DNA of 11,414 nucleotides, from contig JAVKIJ010000089.1 of NCBI GenBank assembly GCA_031459535.1, positions 1 through 11,414 of the forward strand, in the 5' to 3' direction. A program made the position numbers and the translations under genes. A model generated the notes under the pieces. That model did not search any database. It saw nothing but the letters and a program-made list of their open reading frames with translations, and was not told the origin of the DNA. Each line of letters opens with the position of its first letter. Position 1 is the first letter of the stretch. Source of the DNA: Candidatus Fervidifonticultor quintus (GTDB lineage: Bacteria > Sysuimicrobiota > Sysuimicrobiia > Sysuimicrobiales > Humicultoraceae). This document shows positions 1 through 5,980 of the stretch, piece after piece.

Positions 1-1209
1 CCTGGCACGATCGCCTCCACCTGGCAGCGCGCCGGGCGGGCCGGACGTGGCACCGATCCTGCGCTGGTGGTCCTGGTGGCAGCGGACGACGCCCTCGACC
101 AGTACCTGATGCGGCATCCCGACTACCTGTTCGAACGGCCGGTCGAGCACGCGGTCATTGACCCGGAGAACCCGTACATTCTGGCGCGCCACCTGCGCTG
201 CGCCGCGGCCGAGATCGCGCTGGTCCCCGGGGATCTCGCCCTCTTCGGCGAACGGGCGCGGGAACTGGTCCCGCTCCTGGAGCAGGCCGGCGAGCTGGTG
301 CCCCGGCGGCAGCGCTGGCACTGGATTGGTGGGCTGCGCTACCCGGCCGGGGAGGTGGACGTCAGGTCGGCCTCCGGCGCGACCTTCCGCATTGTGACGC
401 CTGATCGCAGGACCATCGGGACCATTGATGAAGCCCGGGCGTTTGAACAGGTTCACCCCGGTGCCATCTACCTCCATCAGGGCGAGAGCTACCTCGTGCG
501 ACAGCTCGATCTCGACCGCCGGATCGCCTATGTCGAGCCCACCGCCGCCGATTACCACACGCAGCCGCGCGTGACCATCGACCTGATCATTCACCGCCCG
601 CAGGCGTCCCGGCCCTGGGGACCGACCACGATGACGTTCGGCGAGGTCGAGGTCACCACCCAGGTCATCGGGTTTGCCCGCAAGCAGCTCTTCACGGACA
701 CGGTGATCGACGTACAGCCGCTGGACCTGCCGCCCCAGCGGCTCCAGACCACGGCGCTGTGGTTTCCCATTCCCGACGATCTGGAACAGGCCGTGCGCGG
801 TCGCAGCCTGGATTTCGCCGGCGGCATCCACGCGGTGGAGCACGCGGCCATCGGGGTGCTGCCCCTGTTCGCCATGTGCGACCGGTGGGATATCGGTGGC
901 GTGTCGTACCCCGCGCACCCGCAGACCGGAGGGCCGGCCGTCTTCATCTATGACGGGCATCCTGGCGGCGTGGGCATTACCGAGAAGGGGTACACGCTCA
1001 TCGAGGCCCTGATGGCCGCTGCGGCAGAGGTCATCGAGGCCTGCCCCTGCGAGGCCGGTTGTCCCTCGTGCGTCCAGTCACCGAAGTGCGGCAACCTCAA
1101 CCAGCCCCTCGACAAGGCGGCGGCGCTGGTCTTGCTCAGAGGGCTCCTGGCCGGGGGCGAGGCGCCAGCCGCCGCGGCGGCCGCTGGCCGCCCGCAGGCC
1201 GACGTATGA
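1..1209 (+). CDS. DEAD/DEAH-box helicase of the Hrq1/YprA(MrfA)/SftH family with C-terminal Zn-binding DUF1998 domain; 5'-truncated by the window edge
   Basis: Frame 1 is open from base 1 (PGTIASTWQRAGRAGR = SF2 motif VI). It continues with DALDQY, HLRCAAAE, HPGAIYLHQG, GIHAVEHA, FAMCDRWDIGG, IYDGHPGGVG and the CPCEAGCPSC Zn motif. TGA at 1207-1209. Confidence 0.93.
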   Translation, partial: PGTIASTWQRAGRAGRGTDPALVVLVAADDALDQYLMRHPDYLFERPVEHAVIDPENPYILARHLRCAAAEIALVPGDLALFGERARELVPLLEQAGELVPRRQRWHWIGGLRYPAGEVDVRSASGATFRIVTPDRRTIGTIDEARAFEQVHPGAIYLHQGESYLVRQLDLDRRIAYVEPTAADYHTQPRVTIDLIIHRPQASRPWGPTTMTFGEVEVTTQVIGFARKQLFTDTVIDVQPLDLPPQRLQTTALWFPIPDDLEQAVRGRSLDFAGGIHAVEHAAIGVLPLFAMCDRWDIGGVSYPAHPQTGGPAVFIYDGHPGGVGITEKGYTLIEALMAAAAEVIEACPCEAGCPSCVQSPKCGNLNQPLDKAAALVLLRGLLAGGEAPAAAAAAGRPQADV

Positions 1210-2063
1210 CGCCAACCCGCGCGATTCGTGGTGCGGCGGAGCCTGGGGGCATCCTCTATCTGGTCGCTACGCCCATCGGCAATCTGGAGGACATCACACT
1301 CCGGGCGATTCGCATCCTGAGGGAGGCCGACGTCGTCGCCTGCGAAGACACCCGACGCACCAGGGGGCTGCTCTCGCACCTGGACGTCCACACACCCACG
1401 ATCAGCCTGCACGAGCACAACGAACAGGCGCGGATTCCGCAGATCCTCGCGCTGCTTCGAGAGGGCAAGCGAGTGGCCCTGGTCTCCGATGCGGGGACGC
1501 CGGCGATTGCCGACCCCGGCGCGGCACTGGTGGCGGCCGCGGCCCGGGAGGGCTTACGCATCGTCCCGGTCCCGGGCGCCAGCGCCGTGACGGCTGCAGT
1601 GTCGCTGGCGGACTTCCCGGCAGAACGGTTCGCCTTCGTCGGCTTCCTCCCGCGGCGGGGTGCCGAGCGGCGGCGCATGCTGGAGGCGGTGGCCGGGATG
1701 CCCTTGGCGCTGGTCATGTTCGAGGCCCCCCACCGCGTGCGCGAGGCGCTAGACGACCTGGCCCGGGTCTTCGGTGAGCGCCGGCTGGTGCTGGTGCGAG
1801 AGCTGACGAAGGTCCACGAGCAGGTGCTGCGCGGGACCGCGAGCGAGGTGCGGGCCGCGCTGGGCGAAGCCGCCCGCGGCGAGGTGACGTTGGTGATCGA
1901 GGGCGCGCCGCCCGCACGGGCAGCCGCCCGCCAGTCTCCTGAACAGTTCCTGAGGGACCTGCTGGCCAGGGGCCTGTCACGGCGCGACGCTGCCCGCGCC
2001 CTCGAGGTGGCCTATGGGCTGCCGTCGCGCGAGGCGTACCGCATGGCCACCGGCGAAGGCTGA
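1206..2063 (+). CDS. rsmI: 16S rRNA (cytidine1402-2'-O)-methyltransferase RsmI
   Basis: Motifs LYLVATPIGNLEDITLRA, ACEDTRRT, VSDAGTPAIADPG, VPGASA, FEAPHR, RELTKVHE and GEV. ATG 1206 overlaps the helicase stop (ATGA). The 1059 start in the ORF track is an upstream extension inside the helicase. Confidence 0.96.
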   Translation: MTPTRAIRGAAEPGGILYLVATPIGNLEDITLRAIRILREADVVACEDTRRTRGLLSHLDVHTPTISLHEHNEQARIPQILALLREGKRVALVSDAGTPAIADPGAALVAAAAREGLRIVPVPGASAVTAAVSLADFPAERFAFVGFLPRRGAERRRMLEAVAGMPLALVMFEAPHRVREALDDLARVFGERRLVLVRELTKVHEQVLRGTASEVRAALGEAARGEVTLVIEGAPPARAAARQSPEQFLRDLLARGLSRRDAARALEVAYGLPSREAYRMATGEG

Positions 2064-2064
2064 C

Positions 2065-2337
2065 ATGCCGCTGCTGCCCGCCCCCAGAGACGTCGCCGTG
2101 GTCCACCGCGCCACCAGCGACTTCGAGGCCATCTCGATCCGCGATCTGCTCGAGGCGTCGGGCCTGCGGGTGATGGTGCGCTCCCGCCGCGTTCCAGGGT
2201 ACGAAGTCCCGACGCTCGCCGGCGATCAGGCTGGCATCGTGGCCGAGATCCTCGTGGCACCGGAGGACGAGGACCGGGCCCGCGCGCTCATCGCCGACTA
2301 CCTGACCGCGCTTCAGAAGGAGCCGCCCGCGCCGTGA
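2065..2337 (+). CDS. small DUF2007-like (putative signal transducing, PII-like fold) protein, 90 aa
   Basis: ATG lies 1 nt after the rsmI stop. The pattern EAISIRDLLEASGL...EILVAPEDEDRARALI is typical of DUF2007. The stop overlaps the next start (GTGA). Confidence 0.75.
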   Translation: MPLLPAPRDVAVVHRATSDFEAISIRDLLEASGLRVMVRSRRVPGYEVPTLAGDQAGIVAEILVAPEDEDRARALIADYLTALQKEPPAP

Positions 2338-3092
2338 CCCGCCGGCCGGAGTGGTGGCGGGATGTCTTTGATCGCCCCGCGTTCCTCCAACTCTACGAGC
2401 GCGCGGATCTGGAGCGCGCCGGCAGCCAGGTGGACCAGGCCCTGGCGCTGCTGGATCTCCGGCCGCCGGCCCGGGTGCTGGATGTCTGCTGCGGTTACGG
2501 CCGACATGCCGTGGAACTGGCGCGCCGTGGGTTCGAGGTCACGGGCGTGGACATCTCCGAGGTGCAGGTGCGGCGGGCCGTGCAGCACGCCGCAGCAGCC
2601 GGGGTGCGCGGCGCGTCGTTCGTGGTCGGCGACGCGCGCACGCTACCCGTGCGCGGGCCGTTCGACGCGGCGGTCAACATGTTCCTCTCGTTCGGCTACT
2701 TCGCCACCGACGCCGAGAGCCAGGCGATGCTCGACGGGATCGCTCGCACGCTCCGGCCCCGCGGACGATTGCTGATCGACTTCTGGAACCGCGAGCACGA
2801 GATCCGCGCGTTCCAGCCCGCGGTGGTGGACCGGCGCGACGACGGCATCCTCGAGATCGAAGACTGGAGCTTCGATCCCCTGGCCGGGCGGCTCAACTGG
2901 GTGAACACCGTCATCTTCCCCGATGGCCGGCGCGAGGCCTGGCACTACTCGATCCGCGCCTATACCGCGGCCGAGGTTCGGGCGATGCTGGAGGCCGCGG
3001 GGTTCCGGCTTGCGGGGCTGTACGGGAGTCTGGCGGGCGATCCGTACGACATGGATGCCGAGGCCGCCGTCTTCGTGGCCGAGAAGGCCTAG
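2334..3092 (+). CDS. class I SAM-dependent methyltransferase, substrate unknown
   Basis: Motif I VLDVCCGYGRHA, then VTGVDIS, GDAR, FDAAVNMFLSFGYF and LRPRGRLLID. GTG start overlaps the upstream TGA. Confidence 0.92.
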   Translation: MTRRPEWWRDVFDRPAFLQLYERADLERAGSQVDQALALLDLRPPARVLDVCCGYGRHAVELARRGFEVTGVDISEVQVRRAVQHAAAAGVRGASFVVGDARTLPVRGPFDAAVNMFLSFGYFATDAESQAMLDGIARTLRPRGRLLIDFWNREHEIRAFQPAVVDRRDDGILEIEDWSFDPLAGRLNWVNTVIFPDGRREAWHYSIRAYTAAEVRAMLEAAGFRLAGLYGSLAGDPYDMDAEAAVFVAEKA

Positions 3093-3123
3093 GGCACGCG
3101 ACCGCCTGCCCTCACGTCAGGTC

Positions 3124-3438
3124 CTACCGCCGCTGCGCATCGTGCCGCTGCCGGTAGATGTGGCGGCTCGCACGGTTGAGGTCCCGCTGAAGATCCAGCC
3201 ACTCCCGCGGTTCGATGCCGCCACCGGTGGAGCGGTAGTAGCGCTCCTCGAGCCGGATCCACGCCTGCTCTGCTAGCAGCCGCGCGGCTTCGCCCCGGGT
3301 CAGATCGCCGCATCGGATACCCGCCGCGATGCGCTGGAGCTGGCGGTGTTGCCTCCGGTCGATGACCCCGGCCTGCGCGGCCGAGGCCAGGGCGGCGACC
3401 ATCGCGAGCACCAGCACGGCCGCCATCACTGTCCGCAT
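3124..3438 (-). CDS. secreted small alpha-helical Arg/Gln-rich hypothetical protein, 104 aa
   Basis: ATG at 3438 is preceded by SD GGGGGAGGGA. Signal peptide MRTVMAAVLVLAMVAALASAAQA (AQA cleavage). The mature part IDRRQHRQLQRIAAGIRCGDLTRGEAARL...LNRASRHIYRQRHD resembles a widespread uncharacterised secreted family. Confidence 0.8.
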   Translation of the reverse strand: MRTVMAAVLVLAMVAALASAAQAGVIDRRQHRQLQRIAAGIRCGDLTRGEAARLLAEQAWIRLEERYYRSTGGGIEPREWLDLQRDLNRASRHIYRQRHDAQRR

Positions 3439-3553
3439 GATCCCTCCCCCTCTGACGTCACGCGGGATCGTGTCTTGCGCCCGTCGTCTGCCCATTTCGA
3501 CCAATGGTTCGACGCCGAGGTTTAGAGAACCGGCCCACCTTCGCCCGGACGCG

Positions 3554-3582
3554 TTGACACGCGCGGGGAGTCCGGATAGCAT
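3554..3582 (+). promoter_or_regulatory. sigma70/sigmaA-type promoter for the T-box/met operon
   Basis: Perfect -35 TTGACA (3554-3559), 17-nt spacer and -10 TAGCAT (3577-3582), lying just upstream of T-box stem I. Confidence 0.8.
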
Positions 3583-3600
3583 ACAGGTTAGTCCATAGCG

Positions 3601-3896
3601 GGCGATGAGGAAGCGGGAGTACGCATCCTGACTCGTCGAAGCGAGCCGGGCCCGGTGCGAGCCGGTGGCAGCGGGATGCGGAACATGGCTTCCGAGCTTT
3701 CAGGCGAACGCCCGGCGCTGGTACCACGAGACTGCCGGCGGGCCGCGGGTCAGTAACCTGAACGGGTGCTCCCGAGATCGGGCCAGAGGTGGCTCATCTG
3801 GCTACCTGCGAGGCGCCGCGTCGCGAGGCCGGCGCGAACCCTGGTGGGATCACGGAGGCAGACCTTCCGTCCGGCGGGCGGGAGGTCTCTTGATTT
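3601..3896 (+). ncRNA. T-box riboswitch leader, Met (AUG) specifier
   Basis: Stem I: K-turn GA motif (AUGA...GA); GGAAG 3609-3613/CUUCC 3689-3693; AGUA 3618-3621 opposite GAA 3681-3683; CGCAUCCUG 3622-3630/CGGGAUGCG 3672-3680; AG bulge AGCGAG; distal loop GGUGCGA; specifier AUG 3685-3687. Stem II: UUCAGG/CCUGAA with GAA/AGUA S-turn. Stem III: GCGCCG/CGGCGC. Antiterminator: CUGG-UGGGAUC-ACGGAGG...CUUCCGU-CCGG. Lies upstream of methionine synthase and metG. Confidence 0.92.
3860..3896 (+). terminator. T-box attenuator terminator hairpin, mutually exclusive with the antiterminator
   Basis: AGACCTTCCGTCC (3860-3872), loop GGC, GGGCGGGAGGTCT (3876-3888): 13 bp including two G-U pairs, followed by an imperfect U tract CTTGATTT. 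The 5' arm shares CTTCCGTCC with the antiterminator 3' strand. Confidence 0.8.
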
Positions 3897-3906
3897 GGGA
3901 GGACGC

Positions 3907-4863
3907 ATGCCGTTTGCGCATCTCGTGGGGATCTTCCCGAGGTCGGAGACAGTCGTCGAGTGCAGCCGCGCGGTGGAACGGGGCCGCGCGACTCCAGAGC
4001 ATCTGGCGGCAGCGATCGCCGAAGACGAGCGGCGCGTGATCGCCCTGCAACGCGAGGCCGGCCTGGACTACGTCACAGACGGCCTGCTGCGCTGGCAGGA
4101 CCTGCTGCGCCCGTTGGCCGAGGGCATCCCGGGCATGCACCCGGGCGGCATCGTCCGCTGGTTCGACAACAACACGTTCTACCGGCACCCGATCATCACC
4201 GGCCCGCTGCGACCTACGGGGCGAGCGGTCCTGGCCGTTGTGAACCTCGACGCGCTGGCCGGCACGAGGTGGAAGGCCGTGTTACCCGCACCCCACGCGT
4301 TGGTCGCCCTGTCGGAGAACCAATCGGGGCGGACCTTCGACCAGGTGCTCGACGATGCAGCCTGGGTGTTGCGGGCGGAGGCCCAGGCGCTGGCCGCCGC
4401 GGGCTGCGCCTACATCCAGTTCAGCGATCCGGTGCTGGTGACACGCATGGCACGGGAGACCCTCCCGCAGGCCCTCGAGGCCCTCGAGACGGTGACCCAT
4501 GGCCTGCGGGCGCGCACCGCGCTCCACACGTTCTTCGGCGACGCCGCGCCGTTGCTGGGCGACCTGGTGCGCTCTCCTGTGGACGAGATCGGCATCGACC
4601 TCTACGCCACCAGCCTGGACGGGGTCAGGGTACGCGCGGAGGGCAAAACGCTCCTCGTCGGGGCGCTGGACGGTCGGAACTCGCTGGTCGAGGATGTGGA
4701 CACCGTCGTGGAGCAGGCCGTGCGGGTTCGAGACCGGCTCGGCGCAAAGGACGTGGCGCTGGTTCCCAACTGCGATCTGGAGTTCCTGCCGTGGGAGTGC
4801 GCCGAGCGGAAGGTGCGGCGCCTGGGTGAGGCCGCCCAGGTGCTGCGCGCGAGGGTGAGGTGA
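3907..4863 (+). CDS. split cobalamin-independent methionine synthase, non-catalytic N-terminal-barrel subunit (MetE N-half-like), 318 aa
   Basis: SD GGAGG 3898-3902, ATG 3907. Motifs GIFPRS, LQREAGLDYVTDG, RWFDNNTFYRHP (compare MetE N-barrel KWFDTNYHY..P), YIQFSDPVL, GALDGRN and PNCDLEFLP. The Zn motif HxC is degenerate (HTF). The 3766 start in the ORF track lies inside the riboswitch. Confidence 0.85.
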   Translation: MPFAHLVGIFPRSETVVECSRAVERGRATPEHLAAAIAEDERRVIALQREAGLDYVTDGLLRWQDLLRPLAEGIPGMHPGGIVRWFDNNTFYRHPIITGPLRPTGRAVLAVVNLDALAGTRWKAVLPAPHALVALSENQSGRTFDQVLDDAAWVLRAEAQALAAAGCAYIQFSDPVLVTRMARETLPQALEALETVTHGLRARTALHTFFGDAAPLLGDLVRSPVDEIGIDLYATSLDGVRVRAEGKTLLVGALDGRNSLVEDVDTVVEQAVRVRDRLGAKDVALVPNCDLEFLPWECAERKVRRLGEAAQVLRARVR

Positions 4864-5975
4864 TGGGCATGAAGCTGTTCCCCACCCAGGAGATCGGGAG
4901 CCTGGCCAAGCCGGCCTGGCTGGTGAAGGTCACCCGGGGACAGAAACCCTCGGCCAGCGACCTGACGGACCTGGACCGGTGGGCCGAGCGCCTCGGCATC
5001 AACAGCGTCGGCGAACTCCAGGCTCTGCTGGCAGCCGATCAGCCGGACAGGGAGCGCGTGCGCGATTGGGCCGCGCTGTTTGCCATCCGCCTCCAGGAGG
5101 CTGCGGGTCTCGACGTGGTCTATGATGGGGAGGTCCGGCGCGTCGAGATGTACGAGTACCCGATCCGACGCATCGCCGGCTTCCAGTTCTACGGCCACGT
5201 GCGGTCGTTCGACAACAGGTACTACCGGAAGGCCGCGGTCACCGACAAGATCCGGCTGATCGAGCCGTTTCACGTGGACGAGCTGAAGTACGTGAAGTTG
5301 GTGGCGCGCAGGCCCGTGAAGATTCCCGTCACCGGTCCGTACACGCTGGCAGACTGGTCCTTCAACGAGTACTACCTGAAAGCGGTCGAGGGCTCGGTGC
5401 GGGACCTGACGCGGCGGGCGTACGAGGCCAAGCGGGCCTTCACGTTGGATCTCGCCAGGGAGGTGCTCAATCCCACCCTGCGGGCCCTGGCCGCGGCGGG
5501 CGCCGACTGGATCCAGATCGACGAGCCCGCGGCCGCCACCCACCCGGACGAGGTGCCGATCCTGGTCGAGGCGTTCAACGCGTCGGTGGAGGGGATTGGG
5601 GCCAAGCTCAGCATCCACATCTGCTACAGCAACTACCGGGCCCTCTACCCTGAGATACTCAAGATGCGGGTGGACCACCTGGCCCTGGAGTTCAAGAATA
5701 CCGGCGACTACAACGTGGTCAACATCTTCAAGGAGTACGGCGAGGAGCGTGAGCTGGGCCTGGGCGTCCTGGACGTGCACTCCGACCAGATCGAGACACC
5801 CGAGGAGATCAGGGACAAGTTGCTGGCCGCGGCGGCGGTGCTCGGTCCCGAGAAGATCTGGGCCAACCCCGACTGCGGCCTGCGGACACGCACCTGGGAT
5901 GTGGCGTTTGCCAAGCTGCGGAACCTGGTGGAAGGCGCACGTCTGGCCCGGGAGGCGATCGCCCGGAGGGGTTGA
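4863..5975 (+). CDS. metE: cobalamin-independent methionine synthase, catalytic C-terminal-barrel subunit (split/core MetE)
   Basis: TQEIGS, GLDVVYDGEVRRVEMYEY, TGPYTLADWS and WIQIDEPA. Zn ligands HIC (5616-5624), ALE and NPDCGLRTR (Cys 5874-5876); GVLDVHS. Start is ambiguous: ATG 4863 (TGATG overlap) or ATG 4869 (SD GAGGTG). Confidence 0.92.
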   Translation: MGMKLFPTQEIGSLAKPAWLVKVTRGQKPSASDLTDLDRWAERLGINSVGELQALLAADQPDRERVRDWAALFAIRLQEAAGLDVVYDGEVRRVEMYEYPIRRIAGFQFYGHVRSFDNRYYRKAAVTDKIRLIEPFHVDELKYVKLVARRPVKIPVTGPYTLADWSFNEYYLKAVEGSVRDLTRRAYEAKRAFTLDLAREVLNPTLRALAAAGADWIQIDEPAAATHPDEVPILVEAFNASVEGIGAKLSIHICYSNYRALYPEILKMRVDHLALEFKNTGDYNVVNIFKEYGEERELGLGVLDVHSDQIETPEEIRDKLLAAAAVLGPEKIWANPDCGLRTRTWDVAFAKLRNLVEGARLAREAIARRG

Positions 5976-5980
5976 GCCGC

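Noticed and set aside
1-1209. DISARM DrmA/DrmB or Druantia-type defence system suggested by helicase + DUF1998 + methyltransferase
   Set aside because: Motifs fit the housekeeping Hrq1/YprA family, and the neighbouring methyltransferases are RsmI and a small-molecule-type class I enzyme without DNA methyltransferase motifs.
3091-3112. Hairpin AGGGCA/TGCCCT between the convergent genes as a terminator
   Set aside because: Only 6 bp with a 10-nt loop and no U tract on either strand.
3533-3544. 12-mer GCGAAGGTGGGC (minus strand) repeated at 8726-8737 on the plus strand, both upstream of secreted-protein genes
   Set aside because: GC-rich 12-mer matches are expected by chance in 11 kb, and the distances to the starts differ.
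3601-3896. SAM or cobalamin riboswitch, or tRNA, as the identity of the metE leader
   Set aside because: SAM-I and B12-box core motifs were not seen and there is no cloverleaf; all T-box elements are present in order.
3766-3906. N-terminal extension or leader peptide for the MetE N-subunit (ORFs starting at 3766 and 3665)
   Set aside because: Overlaps the T-box structure; a strong SD precedes ATG 3907; no Met-rich attenuator peptide.
4851-4871. Frameshift or pseudogene break of one fused metE
   Set aside because: Both halves have natural barrel termini, and the second has its own SD and start overlapping the stop, so this looks like a genuine two-gene split.
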